Assembly (NCBI GenBank): GCA_963825865.1
Contig: CAWGVG010000009.1
Span: 13,289 to 77,288 of the forward strand
DNA length: 64,000 nucleotides
Reading direction: 5' to 3'
From: an uncultured Nitrososphaeraceae archaeon
GTDB taxonomy: Archaea > Thermoproteota > Nitrososphaeria > Nitrososphaerales > Nitrososphaeraceae
Part shown: positions 9,750 to 22,411 of the stretch, piece by piece
Layout of the letters: each line of letters begins with the position of its first letter
How positions within the stretch are numbered: position 1 is the stretch's first letter
Notes under the pieces: generated by a model
Database searches by the model: none
Seen by the model: the letters and a program-made list of their open reading frames with translations, nothing else
What the model was told of the DNA's origin: nothing
Position numbers and translations under genes: made by a program

Positions 9750-10607
9750 TTAATGAAGTAGCTCTAACATTGTCAGGGCTTGTACTGTTTCTTTTACATT
9801 GTGGGTTCTGATAATGTTCGCACCATTCAATACAGATATTACTTCTGACACCACTGATGGAATTAAGCGTCCTTTGGTTTTCAAGTTAAATAAATTGCCT
9901 ATAAATGATTTTCCTGAGATTGATATACAGATTGGTTTTGATAATGTTTTAAGTTCATTTAGCTTTGAAATAACTTCAATATCGCGGATATACCATGGAA
10001 GATCTTTTATTTTTGTGAAGAATGGATTTTTGCCTTCTGCTCTAAAAAAGCCGATAGAGGGATCGATAATTATATTATCATTAGCAATTTTTGCTCTTTT
10101 TGCTATTAATAGACTTTGTTTTAAAGTTTTTATTGTGCCTGAAATCTTGCCTAAAGCAGATAGTGATTGATTGTTTCCAAATGCGCCAATAATCACCGGC
10201 AGTCTTGATTCCGATACAATATCTGCTAGATTGACATCATACTTTAATCCCGTTATATCATTGATTGCATCTGCACCAAATGTGATAGCTTCCTTAGCTA
10301 CACTAGATCTTGGAGTATCTACTGACACTGGAAGGTCGCAACTGCTCTTTACAGCCTTTATCGCCAGTTCCATCCTTTTTGTCTCTTCTTCCACTGAAAT
10401 AGTAGTTTCAAGATAGGGTGCAGTAGACATGGCACCGACGTCGATGATTTCAGCTCCACTATCTTGCATCTTTCTTGATGTTTTAGCGATTTCTTCATTA
10501 GTAATCTTGATAGAATCCTTGTAAAATGATTCTGGACTCGCATTAATTATGCCCATTACTTTCACTGGGACTTGGTCTCCGATCAATACCTTGCCAATAG
10601 CTGTCAA
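9750..10607 (-). CDS. folP: Dihydropteroate synthase
   Basis: VMGIINASPESF, IIDVGAMST, SVDT, INDITG, IIDPSIGF, SGKSF, IIRTHNV. Confidence 0.92.
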   Translation of the reverse strand: MTAIGKVLIGDQVPVKVMGIINASPESFYKDSIKITNEEIAKTSRKMQDSGAEIIDVGAMSTAPYLETTISVEEETKRMELAIKAVKSSCDLPVSVDTPRSSVAKEAITFGADAINDITGLKYDVNLADIVSESRLPVIIGAFGNNQSLSALGKISGTIKTLKQSLLIAKRAKIANDNIIIDPSIGFFRAEGKNPFFTKIKDLPWYIRDIEVISKLNELKTLSKPICISISGKSFIGNLFNLKTKGRLIPSVVSEVISVLNGANIIRTHNVKETVQALTMLELLH

Positions 10608-10922
10608 GTTATAAGGTTACTTTATTTTCTATTACATACTCTTATCTATTTTCTCTCTACCACAAGATCACCCAGCATCCTTCACGGCGGAGGCTCATAT
10701 ATATATATATTTATATATGATACAATATCCTTCTTTTCTGGTCTAGTTCGACATGTATTAATTAAGTACTACTATTTTTTTCAGGAAATAAATAATATTT
10801 TTTATGCGTAAAATACATTTGATATAAATGTATTATATTTTTAAGCTAATTTTGTAGCTTAAAATTTAAGAGGGTAACACTTTGATCTTTGATATAGAAG
10901 TGTTGAAGTTACAGGTCAAATC

Positions 10923-13623
10923 GTGATGGTTAGGACAATTGATAAAGCTCATACCGTGCTCTCGTATATTGAGGGAAGTTTAAAAAATGTAACAATAGTT
11001 AATGACAAGATCACATGTCATGGATTTATTTTCTCTTTACTAAATCCACCAGTTCCCTTAGGAGGCAATATTGTGTCTCTTGACATTTATACAGATGAAA
11101 TTCCAGTTTCAAAAAAGTCAATTTATATTGCAACTTCGGAGGACGTTGTCAATTCGTCCATACTATCTGAAGACCGGCCTATATCGTTTAAGCCATTCCA
11201 AAGTGCAAGATTCCTAATAATAAATGAAGGACCATTAGAAGAAAAAAAGAAACACAAAGTTGTTATCTTGAGTAAACTTGAAGGATTTGAACAGATAATT
11301 ATTCCTTTTACATTTAGCGATTATGTTCAAGATCAAAGAGAAAGAATCTTTATTCCTTCGGACCTATTTGATGACCATCAATCTATTACAACTAATGAAG
11401 ATACTATATTTAAAAACTTCACAACTCCGTTGATACTATCCGGGAAAAAAGCATATATAGTATGTTCATCAAACGGTGCACTTTCAGCTAATTGGACTTG
11501 GATGGGAGCAAGATATGATAACGGAGGGTTATATGTTCCACCTGCGCGAGCTTTTGGTAGAATCATAGTAGAGATATCGATGAATGAGGGAGTAACGTAA
11601 AAGACTTCCAAATTTCGTCACATCTTCTAGACATGAGAACGGACTTCTTTACACAAGGCACGAGGTATCCGGATTAGAAGTAAAAAGGACATTGTTTGTA
11701 CCAATTGAAAACAAAGGGTTTGTTATTGTCCTAAATCTTGATCTGTTAAACGGACATAATAGTAACAGTAACAATATAGATTTTACAAAATTAAGTTTGA
11801 AGAAGAAATCAGAAAAATCGAAAAGAAAGATTCGTGTACATTTCATCATTGATGGTAATATCACAAGCTATGGTTTAGCTGCAATTTCTCAAAGTAATTT
11901 TTGTAAATTGCTTACGACGGAAAATTGCTTACAAATTCAGACGGCTGCAAAAAAGGGTATTGCACACTATTTTGGAGCAATTGGAATAGCACCAAAGGGT
12001 TTGAAACCTAAGGTTATATCAGATTCTTTTAATAATGATCTGGAGCTATCGTATGACCTTGAAATTGAATCAGGCATGAATAGCGAGATTGCACTGATAG
12101 CTGCTGGTAGCTTTAGCACTACTACAGATTGCTTAGATGAATACCGGTTTATCAGAGACAATTACAGATCTCTTTTAGAGGACACTAAGAATCATTTCAA
12201 GACTGTTTCACATTCTACTCTGCAGATGGGATCAAATCTGAAGCAAAGTCCCACTACTTTAAAACTGGTCAGAGCCTTCGAAAAAGCAAAAACTAGTATG
12301 GAATATTTAAAAGCAGATTACGACGGACTTGGAGCAGGAATTTGCGCAGGCCTTCCAAGGTTTCCTAATTACTGGGCTAGAGATACAGGTTGGTCGCTAA
12401 GGGGATATCTCTCTATGGGTGATTATAATTTTGCCTTTGCAACCATTGAGAACTTTCTGCGCCGCCAGGCTAAAAAAACATCTACGATCGCAGCGAAAGG
12501 AGAGCTACCGATGATAATTAGTGGCAGGGCTTTTCTTCACAATACTACTTATGGGTCAGCTGATTCCACTTTTCTTTTCCCTTGGGCAATACGCGAATAT
12601 GTATTTGCGACCGGGAATGTAAATTATTTGAAAAAGAGATGGAACTCTATCACTGACCTCATTAATTGGGGATTTTTGAAGGATACAGATGGAGACGGAC
12701 TAGTTGAACATGGATTTACAGGAATTGCAGAAAAACTGCCTATTCAGGATTCTACATGGATGGATCATATCGATAGGAGGAAGAGTGCAAACGATATTCA
12801 AGCATTATTTTATGAGAATTTGAAAATTGGAAGCGAGCTAGCAAGAATTGTTGGTGATAATTATAATCAAGAAAGATGGCTCAGATATGCCGAACAACTA
12901 CAAAGTAAAATTGATTCCCAATATTGGGATGCTAAGACCAAGTTCTACTATGATACTATTCGAAGAGATGGTTCAAAGGATCCCAGTATAAGGCCTAATG
13001 CCCTTGTTCTTTTGCTGGCAGATACAGTAAGAGATAGTAGTAAAGCGGAGTCTGTTCTTACAAGAATCGAAAAAAATGATATTACTACGACTTGGGGAGT
13101 TAGAACATTAAGTTCTACGGATCCGAAGTATCATCCAAGCCTTTATCACGATGGTGCTGTATGGCCTCTTGTAACCGGTTGGTGTGCGGTTAGTGAAATT
13201 AAATTTGGCAGGAAAGAACAAGCTCTTTATTACATTGAGTCTATGGCAGAACGAATTCTGTCTGAAAATGGTATGTTTGCTGAAACGTACAGAGGTGATC
13301 GACCCGAACCTTTTAACTCATGTATACTTCAAGCATGGTCTGTTGGAATGTATATTTATGCAATACGCGAGATGATGCTTGGTATGAAGTTGAATATGAT
13401 TGAGAATAAGATCCAGTTTGAACCTCAAATTCCCGAGTCTTTGAGAAACAACGCTGTGCCTATTAATTTTGAACATAATATAGATACTCTAGAAGGCACG
13501 AGAAGATTCCAAATTGTTGTTGATCCCAATCGTGAAAAAATATCTATTATATTTAAGAATAGTGGCGTTAAGATAGAGCCAGAAATTTTTAGTAATTCCT
13601 ACTCGGTTGAAATTGAAAATTGA
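10923..13623 (+). CDS. Amylo-alpha-1,6-glucosidase / glycogen-debranching-like glycoside hydrolase; ORFs 10923-11600 and 11692-13623 may be one frameshifted gene
   Basis: AGLPRFPNYWARDT, SADST, TWMD, IRPNAL, WGVRTLS, YHDGAVWP, QAWS; the frame of the second ORF is open upstream of its called start. Confidence 0.8.
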
Positions 13624-13925
13624 ACTGCTAGAAGATAAGAAAGTCTCCATCATATAGATACTTGAGTTTGGATATGCTTACAACAACAACAACAAAAGAG
13701 CATAACACACATAGACACAATACGGCAGACAATAGGGCAATTTTCTATAATTTCGTATGGTTTAAATTAAATTTAAGATCTTCCTAGAATCAAAAAATTG
13801 ATGATACAGGTTGATCTGGCGAGAAAGAGAGTCTGTATTTATTGGCTGAACTATAAAGCGTTATATTTGAATTTTTGCAAAGAAGGCAATGACTTTCTCT
13901 CTCTTTTCATGGTGAAGTAAACAAT

Positions 13926-14931
13926 ATGATATTAATAGATGAAAAAAGAATATTTAAAATAATAAATGAACAAAATCCGCGCTCAGTAGCGCTTAACGGA
14001 CCAGAAGGTCTCATACCGAAAATCCAGGATAGCGCAAATAATATTACAGAAAAGTTTGGTATTCCTGCATACATTATTGGCGATGCGTGCTGGGGGTCAT
14101 GCGACTTGAATACACATGCGGCAGACATGTTGGGTGCTGAAATTTTGTTCAATATCGGTCATACTATTACGATGGAAACATTTGGTAAGAAAATAGTAAT
14201 GATTGATGCTTATGATGATGTCAGTTTTGACATAGTGGCAAGAAAATGTGCAGTAGGTCTTAAAGATCAAAAGTACAAATCAATATCATTGGTAACCGAT
14301 AGCCAGCATCTCAACCAAATTGCTCATGTAAAAAAGATTTTTGAAGAATATGGCTACCATGTAATCATAGGTAGAGGAAAGGGACAGCTAAGTGATGGGC
14401 AAGTTTTTGGTTGTGAATTCTATCCTGCCTATGGTATTCAAAAACTAGTCGATGCATACATTTTTCTTGGTCAAAGTATGTTTCATTCAGCAAGTATTGC
14501 AATGTCAACTGAAAAACCAACATATATGCTGGATCCATACTTTGAGGAATACTCTAGAATTAATGAATTTGCACAAGGTCTTCAAAAAAAGGCTATTTTA
14601 TCAATCTATAAAGCCTTGGATGTAGAAAGAATTGGTATTATAATTGGCTTGAAGGAAGGACAGTTTGCCCAAGTACCGAGCACTCGAATTGAAAAAGTCA
14701 TTTGAGCAATTAGGAAAGAAGATACAGTTAATTGCATTGACAGATATTACTGATGACCGGCTGCAGAACTTTAAAGGAATTGATGCTTTTGTACAAGTTG
14801 CCTGTCCCAGAATAGCTACAGATAATCCTTTTAAAAAGCCCATGCTTTCAGTTCCTCAAGCATTGGCTCTGATCAAACTGCTTAAAAAAGAGCCAATAGA
14901 CGATTTTCTAAAAATTCAGCATTGGCTTTAA
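13926..14931 (+). CDS. dph2: Diphthamide biosynthesis enzyme Dph2 (one frameshift near 14680)
   Basis: PEGL, CWGSCD, GQVFGC, GLKEGQ, VACPRI. Confidence 0.93.
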
Positions 14932-15475
14932 GTGGAATAGGAGCTGATGAACCATTACAAAGGATTTATCGTTTGAGATAATCTGACTTTCATAAAATTT
15001 TTTATCTTTATCATGATTAATTAATATATCTGGACGATAGGCAAATAATATCATATTTACTTATTATTATTTTCCTCTCATAGTGCATTCTTTAAGTAGA
15101 CTACAATATTTGTCTATGCAAATAATGCATTTTATAGACGATTTTAATCCTATTTAATTGCAGTTCTTATTGAACTTTTGCAAAGTCTACGTAAGCAGAA
15201 CAAAAATATAGTACAAATGCTTACATTAAAAGAGATCCAGTCTACATTAATATTAATATATATAATAATATTTGTACTTATATATGGAAGTCTCGAACGA
15301 CAATAACTTATTGAATTGACACGTAATGTTTTTGATTATTTTATTTCACATAAGTCAAACTTAAAAAATAGTAGAAAAAATGAATTTTTAGGCATGTTCT
15401 CCATTGTTTTATGGTACTCTGCCTTTTGAAATATGATGTATGTTTGCTCGCTGTGATATTCTAGTTATATTATGG

Positions 15476-16301
15476 TCAGCCTGTGCTATCTCCGCCTGTG
15501 GTTCCTCCTGCTCCTCCGCCGCCTGTGGTTCCTCCTGCTGCTCCTCCGCCGCCTGTGGTTCCTCCTGCTGCTCCTCCGCCGCCTGTGGTTCCTCCTGCTG
15601 CTCCTGCTCCGCCTAACGTGGTTCCTCCTGCTGCTGCTCCGCCTAAGCTAGCTGCAGAAGTAGCACTAGTTATATTGTTCATTGTTTGAGCCTGGCTTGT
15701 TTGCGCAGTAACAGAATATGTTGCTATGAATGGTGAGCTACCTGAGCCGTGAAGAGCAAGTGCATTACCTGAGAATGGGATAGAAGCTGAAACTACGGCT
15801 TTGTCAGGTACCAGTGCTGTAGAAATGATTCCTTTACCGGAAGGAGATACTGATACTGGTATTGCTCCAAATGCTTTTGGTATAATGGTTGTAGCCGGAT
15901 TTATACCCGTCAATTGGTGCCATAGTTCTGCTTGTACGCCTTTGCTCGCTGTGAATGTGATTACACCAGTATAGACTGCACCATCTTTCCTAAGTGGCAA
16001 AACTACTGCAACCTGCTCCTTTTGATGTCCTGCTAATGGACTTATGGTAGAAGCAACCGTTCCCTGTAATACAACATTCTTACCTACGGGTGATGCTGAT
16101 GGGTTGGCCGCTGCCAGTGGACGCTGCCCCACTAGGGGTAGGTTTAGGGGCCGGACTGGGTGAAGCCTGTGCGAATGCTTGTTGTGATAATTGACTGCCA
16201 GTGATTAACGAGGATGTTACAAGTATTGCAGAAATTGCAATCCCTGCTAATATCGCGCTATTAGTCTGCTTTTTATTCATCATTGCAAACAGCTTGGGCA
16301 T
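15476..16301 (-). CDS. Secreted protein with Gly/Ala/Thr-rich repeat tail (frameshift near 16130)
   Basis: Signal peptide ending QQAFA in 16080-16301; globular part and (GGGAAGGTTG)n tail in 15476-16132. Confidence 0.7.
15491..15643. repeat. Coding tandem repeat, ~30-bp unit GCCTGTGGTTCCTCCTGCTGCTCCTCCGCC, about 5 imperfect copies
   Basis: Directly visible; no unique spacers. Confidence 0.9.
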
Positions 16302-16596
16302 TAAATTTATTTGTTTCCTTCCTCTATTACGATATTACATTCAGTTTCCATTTTCTATAAGAAGGTTACATAGATAAGAAGAGTTATCTTCTATGTAATC
16401 AATACACAATAAATGAATTAAAGCATCTCATCATTTGATCTCTTTATTAAACAATAAAGTATCCTGATACTTGATTCTATAGTTTTAACTCTAGTTTATT
16501 ATAAATCTAATAAGGAAAATGTATTTGTATGTATATCAAGCATTCATATGTCTTTTATAAACATAGACTCTTTCTCTCATAGGAATTTAGGTAATT

Positions 16597-17777
16597 GAGA
16601 CATGGGCATAATTCATTTCTATATTTTTCATCTATCATTTAGTGCTCGCATTAACTACATAACATGTGTTTGATTGATTTTGGTCGTTGACTAGGTCTGG
16701 TTTTATAATTGTAGTAGACAAGGATTTGATACAGTAGTACTGACAGAAGTACTATTCCAGGCAGCCTTCTGATAGCCTCTTACCGGTAATGGGTCTATTC
16801 TAAAAATAGATTTAATATGTTCTATTAGTGGTTCTATCGATTTACTTCTCCAAGAGTAAATAGCCTGTCCTAACTCAGATTCATAGAATTGTATCAGCTC
16901 TAGTCTATTCTTTGGGGTATTTTTGTACCTTTGTACTGGACATACCAGTTCAAATCCTCTTTTAGTACTCAAATCATATAGTTTATTGTCGTCATACCCA
17001 GAATCACCTATCATGAAACATGTTTCTAGGAACAGAGATGATGATGATGATGATATCATAGGATTGTACATTTGATTATCCTGTACATTAGCAGTTGTAA
17101 AATCTGCTGCAAAGGTACTATGGTAGAACCAGTACTTGATATCAAATGTAGTTTGTAACCAAATATCCAACCTCTGGTATGACTGAATCCCCACCTGGCA
17201 TCTGTATCTATACCTGAACGTGGTACTATTCCTTTATCCATAGATGATTTGTGCCAAACATGTCCTCTGGCTTTGAGCAATGTACTATCTATTGCAACAA
17301 TATAAGGGTCTATTATCTTCCCATTTACTAATAGACTAGTCATAGTAGCAATCCTTTCCTTGATGTCTATGGATATGGTCTTAAGACGTCTGTCAAATGT
17401 TCGTCTATCTGGTATTTGGGTAAGACCACATCTTTTCATTATCTTCTTATTGTAAGGGTAATCCATTCCTAGGAATTCATGTAATGCGTTGTTAGAATCC
17501 ATTCTAAACCACAATCTGACTATGAAACATCGTAGTATGACAGTAGAAGAATAGACGTATGGTCTACCTCTTTTTTTCATCTTTTGTGATTCTGGCCATG
17601 GTATCAAGCCTATCAAATACAGAATACCAATAAGGATGGATTCTGAACTATCATGTGCTGTCCTTTGAGGATGTTTTATTATATGTCATCACAAATTCAG
17701 ACATCCAAAGGATAGCTTTAGCCTAATTCATCAATATATATTTGCAAAAAATAGAGCTGGATTTATGTCCAATCGTC
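16597..17777 (-). mobile_element. Complete insertion sequence with DDE transposase (IS4/IS5/IS982-like clan; CDS ~16660-17616, frameshifted)
   Basis: KRGRP, VAIDSTL, DARWG..GWIFGYKLH, IGDSGYD, R..IE; 8-bp direct repeat AGGTAATT at 16589-16596 and 17778-17785; imperfect TIR GAGACATGGGCATAATT / GACGATTGGACATAAAT. Confidence 0.85.
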
Positions 17778-17914
17778 AGGTAATTTGAAGAACCCAACCC
17801 TCAGGTAAGAATTTAGTTTTATTCTTCTTATCTCCAATTGCAGTTGCATATCTCCATACTTCAGTTTTTTTATCAACATACATTTCTGCTTTAATTTTAG
17901 TCAAGGCTTCAATT

Positions 17915-18373
17915 TCACGCTCGCAAACCATCCTTGTCGGCATTCATCGAAAATTTTCTACAAAACAGACATTTTCTATCTAATAATACAGATTTGCTAT
18001 TTTCATTATCAATAACAGGATAGGCGCGACACGCAAATGGGCGTTGTTTGTAAATTCTACATTTAAAGCCCCCATGCGGTGATCTTTGTGAACTTTCTAT
18101 CCCTAGAAATGGACAGAGATTACCATCTGAGTTCTTGCCTAGCATTTGATAAGCTATTATTTTTTTTGGACCATTACCTTTCCCATTCTTTCCAAGCCCT
18201 AATCTTGGAATAATTTTTACGTCTATACCCATTTTCCATGCCAACTCTTCGATTCTTGATTTTTCTTCTGGGAGTATCAAAACCCCTATTTTTCCATATC
18301 CGATAGAAGGATAATAATCTCGATATATGCAACAATCTGAGCAGTCATTAACACAGCTAAACTTTTGGAGCAT
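17915..18373 (-). CDS. YkgJ-family cysteine-cluster (Zn/Fe-chelating) protein
   Basis: C..CSDCC, CPFL, CRIY..RP..CRAYP. Confidence 0.85.
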   Translation of the reverse strand: MLQKFSCVNDCSDCCIYRDYYPSIGYGKIGVLILPEEKSRIEELAWKMGIDVKIIPRLGLGKNGKGNGPKKIIAYQMLGKNSDGNLCPFLGIESSQRSPHGGFKCRIYKQRPFACRAYPVIDNENSKSVLLDRKCLFCRKFSMNADKDGLRA

Positions 18374-18380
18374 TAGGTTG

Positions 18381-18881
18381 TTACCCCTGATTTTGATGAA
18401 TACATTTCCATGCTATGCTGTCAGTTTTAAGATCAGAATATTGCAGGAATTTGATATCATAAACCGATTTCGATTTTTTTAAAAGCTCAAGGTCAAACTT
18501 TTTATCTTCTTCTACCTTTCTATTTCTATTTTCTTTATAAATGCCAAATCGTAAAATGACTTTCTTTTCGTAACCTTCTTTGAACCGGTAATAGTTTTCT
18601 GACATTGGAATATTTTTTACAAGTCCACTATTATTATCTTTATATTCTGAACCACCATAAAGAATAAACCAGTAACTACTATCTCTTTCAATGAATCTAA
18701 GTTTAATTTGATCATCGGGCCACCACTCTATAGTTTTTTTCCATAGTCTGAACGCATATATTTTATCCTCGAACACAGGAAAAACATTCATGTAAACATC
18801 GTGATAACGATAACCCACACCAACAAAACCGCTGAACCATGTTATGGGTTTCTTTGACATCAATATCAATAGATCTATCAA
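18381..18881 (-). CDS. Hypothetical protein
   Basis: 166-aa ORF directly upstream of, and co-oriented with, the YkgJ gene. Confidence 0.65.
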   Translation of the reverse strand: MIDLLILMSKKPITWFSGFVGVGYRYHDVYMNVFPVFEDKIYAFRLWKKTIEWWPDDQIKLRFIERDSSYWFILYGGSEYKDNNSGLVKNIPMSENYYRFKEGYEKKVILRFGIYKENRNRKVEEDKKFDLELLKKSKSVYDIKFLQYSDLKTDSIAWKCIHQNQG

Positions 18882-19285
18882 AATATATATCTAGGGAGAT
18901 ATGTCTGTTTCTCGATTAGAAGAATCTTATTTTATTAATCAATATATTTGAAGTGTGTTTATTATAATTAGCCAATTCATGAATAGATATAAGACTTGGC
19001 TAAGAAGAATTTGCATACGGTATTAACTTAGCAAACATTAAAAGATCTAATTAACTTTTTGATTGGGAACATTCTTTACTTTCCTACCGAAGAGGAAACT
19101 AACAAACTAAATAACTTGTAATTTTTTGGAACTAATATCTGGATATCAGATTGACTATTGTTGAAAGAAAAGATAACAGAAATAATTCAATGTTGATTTA
19201 AACAACAGATATTGTAAAACAAATACACACCAACAAAACCTAAATTATTATTATCTTTTGATATTTTTGCCCATCTATCTCTGCT

Positions 19286-19513
19286 TTAAATCGATGTGAC
19301 TCCAAATTTACGATACAGTACCTGTCTTTCTTTTTTCACCAGCAAAACTCTGTTTGAGGGTATAAGCTCAAAATTTTCTGACATATTTATAAATTCTAGA
19401 AGTGAAACTTCAACAACCGAACTAAAGTCACGATAACTTACGGAATAAAGATCAGGGTTATCAGCATACAGAGCTTTGCTAAAAATTTCTTGGAGTCGTC
19501 CTTTCCTTGTCAT
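19286..19513 (-). CDS. DUF504-like small protein
   Basis: YSVSYRD...IPSNRV...VLYRK pattern; 4-bp overlap with leuD. Confidence 0.65.
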   Translation of the reverse strand: MTRKGRLQEIFSKALYADNPDLYSVSYRDFSSVVEVSLLEFINMSENFELIPSNRVLLVKKERQVLYRKFGVTSI

Positions 19514-20004
19514 ATATTATCATAGTTCATTAATCCGCCTACTTCAACTATCTTTGCAATTAGCTCCGGAAATGCTTTCATGGAATAAGATTCCTTACTT
19601 GTTAAATTAGTAATTTTATTCTGTTTGATATCAATTTCAAGTTCGGCTTTATCTGAAATTTTTTTCATAGTCGATTCCTCAATTTCTATTGGAAGCAAGT
19701 AGCCTCCATCTACAGCATTTCTATAAAAGATTCTCGCAAACGAGGGAGCCAAAATCGCCTTGATGCCAGCATATGAAAGAGCAATAGGTGCATGCTCCCT
19801 ACTTGAACCACATCCAAAGTTATTTCCAGTTACCAAAAAATCACCTTGCGAGACTTTCTCTGGAAATTTAGGATCGATTCCTTCCATAGCATGTTTAGAT
19901 AATTCTTTGTGATCATGAATCTTAAGGTAAGGACCAGGAATGATAACATCAGTATCAATATTTGCCCTTTCGTATTTGTGAACTGTACCTCTCATGACAT
20001 TCAA
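19510..20004 (-). CDS. leuD: 3-isopropylmalate dehydratase / homoaconitase small subunit
   Basis: NIDTDVIIP, NFGCGSSREHA, SFARIFYRN. Confidence 0.93.
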   Translation of the reverse strand: MNVMRGTVHKYERANIDTDVIIPGPYLKIHDHKELSKHAMEGIDPKFPEKVSQGDFLVTGNNFGCGSSREHAPIALSYAGIKAILAPSFARIFYRNAVDGGYLLPIEIEESTMKKISDKAELEIDIKQNKITNLTSKESYSMKAFPELIAKIVEVGGLMNYDNI

Positions 20005-21285
20005 TCCATTAGATCCCTTGGGTCTGTAATCTTGCCTGTAATGGCAGATGCTGCGACTACAACTGGCGATGCCAAATAAGTTTGTGATTCTACATGTCCC
20101 ATTCTGCCAGGGAAGTTTCTATTTGTTGTACTGACACATATCTCATTTTTTCCTAAGACCCCCATATGAGCTCCACAACAGGCTCCACATGTTGGCGGTC
20201 CGACTACTGCACCTGCTTCTATGAATATACTCACCAGACCTTCTTTTATGGCCTTTATGTAAATTGATTGAGCTGCTGGTAAAACTTCTGTCCTTACCTT
20301 TACTTTCTTGCCTTTGAGTAGTTTGGCGGATAATCGTAAGTCTTCAAGTTTTGCACCTGTGCATGAGCCAATGTACGCCTTGTCTATTTCTACTCCTTGC
20401 AATTCTCTGGCTGCACTAATATTATCAGGAGAAAACGGCTTAGCCACAGTAGGTTCTAATTTATCAATTTCATAAGTGTACAATTCAGAAAAGTCTGCGT
20501 TAACATCTCCTAGCACCGGAGAATATTGAGCGTCAGTTCTGTCATGCAAGTATTCATTAGTTGTGACATCTGGCTCAATAATTCCATTTTTTGCTCCAGC
20601 TTCTGTAGTCATGTTAGTAAGTGTGAGACGTTCATCAATTCCAAGTTCTTTTATTATATCTCCAGAGAACTGCATAGCCTTATAATTTGCACCATCAGTT
20701 CCTACGTCACCAATAATTTTCAATATAATATCTTTTGCCATTACATAGTCTGGTTTTTTGCCTGTTAGTTTGAACATCATCGTCTCAGGGTACTTTGAAC
20801 CAGATCTGCCCATTCATCAGAACATATGCAATATCTGTATGACCAAGTCCGGTAGCAAATGCTCCCATTGCTCCAGTAGTATTAGTATGGGAATCTCCTC
20901 CAACATATACCTCACCTGGAAGTACCAATGCCTCCTCGTGTGATAAAGTATGGCAAATGCCGTACTGTCCCAATCCATATTTAAAATGTTTCTTTATACC
21001 AAATTTTTTTGTCCAATTAGAGAGTGCAATTACGTTCTCTGCAGAAACTCTATCTACAGCAGGAACAAAATGATCTTCTGTTATCCACACCCTGTCTGGA
21101 TCCCAAATACGTTCAAGTTTTTTTCCTTTCTTTTTTTCCAACTCGCTAAATACTTTAATGACTCCTGGTCCAGAAACGTCATGCATCATTACTTTATCTA
21201 TTTTTGCAAATACTACATCTCCAGGTGAAACTTTGGATTTGCCTGAGGCTTGTGCAAGTATTTTTTCGGTAATTGTCATTCCCAA
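20001..21285 (-). CDS. leuC: 3-isopropylmalate dehydratase / homoaconitase large subunit (frameshift near 20790)
   Basis: MTITEKI, GICH, GDSHT, IGSCT, CGACCG, STTNRNFPGRMG. Confidence 0.93.
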
Positions 21286-21479
21286 GCCAGATTCACTATA
21301 TACAAGCCCAGGTTTAATGACGGATTAAAACTTTTTGCATGGGATAGCATGTAGCTCAATTCATTTATGAAATACTCCACAATATTGGTTTTAACTTCCT
21401 AAATTGCTTCTGGGTTACAAGCTGATGGATTTTATTGTATAACATTACTTTCAATCCAGCTTCTGCTTTCTGAGCACTG

Positions 21480-22318
21480 AAATTCTTTGAAAGAAAGAAG
21501 GTTCAGCCAGTACTCTTTTGATTGAAGAAAATGCTATTTCAGATATCCACCTTCTGCCAGCATCTTTTAGCTGCTTCCATCCTTCAAACCAAGCTTTTTG
21601 ATATGGAAAACCTCATCCTTTCGTAATAGACATCCTTTAATCTTTTAGATGCATTCTTCATAATTCTTATTTCTGGCCCTGCGTTTATGTCATGTCATCC
21701 GGTATATTGAAGTTCTTTCTGTTGTCAATTGCTTTGTCTGCAGGTACTCTGTCTATATCGTATTTTCAGCAGTTTATTTTACCAGAGGACCAAACTTTTT
21801 TGTGTCATGAATATGCCCTTTAGTTATTCTAAAAGAAACGACTTTTTTTAATTTTTCATCAACAGCAATATGCAGTTTGATGAAATCCTTTTTCTCTCGT
21901 ATCCATTTGTCTTCTTCTATGTAACTGCCTTTCTTTGATACTGTTAGTGCTGATGCATCAACTATCAGTGTTAGTGGTTCCTCATTTTCGAAAACCATCT
22001 TTTCTTCAATAGATGGCTTGACCTTTAACATCCTTTTCCTCATATGCGTAAAACGCGTATCCTCAATCTTAACATAATCTGATAATCCACGTACTATACG
22101 TTGAACTGTACAGGTACGGAATCTTGAAGCCAATCTTCAAGAATGCAAGGAACTGGATGTAAATATCACCATACTGAAATGGTGCTCTACCTTGTTTTCA
22201 TTCATCTTTTTGATTTCAAAATTGGTAGATTTAGGAAACTAACATCAATCAGAACACGACCACATTCAATCAACGATTCATTGTACTAATGCCATGATGA
22301 TGACTTGTTTCCTGCCAT
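21480..22318 (-). pseudogene. Degraded IS5-family (IS903-like) transposase
   Basis: W.*YNESLIECG N-terminus, LIVDASAL, FIKLHIAVD, HD; several stops and frameshifts. Confidence 0.8.
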
Positions 22319-22411
22319 GTTATTAGAATAATAGTGGTTTAGCTTTAAGAATTGCGCTACAATCTAGCAATGGGAGAAAACCACAAAAGCATGAAGATCA
22401 TATCTAATTGA

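Noticed and set aside
7900-10416. Antisense ORFs over guaB and folP (and similar ones over rad50, herA, ilvD, htrA)
   Set aside because: They are shadows of well-supported genes on the opposite strand and have no motifs of their own.
15491-15643. Possible CRISPR array
   Set aside because: Head-to-tail 30-bp units with no unique spacers, in frame in a Gly-rich protein tail; no cas genes seen.
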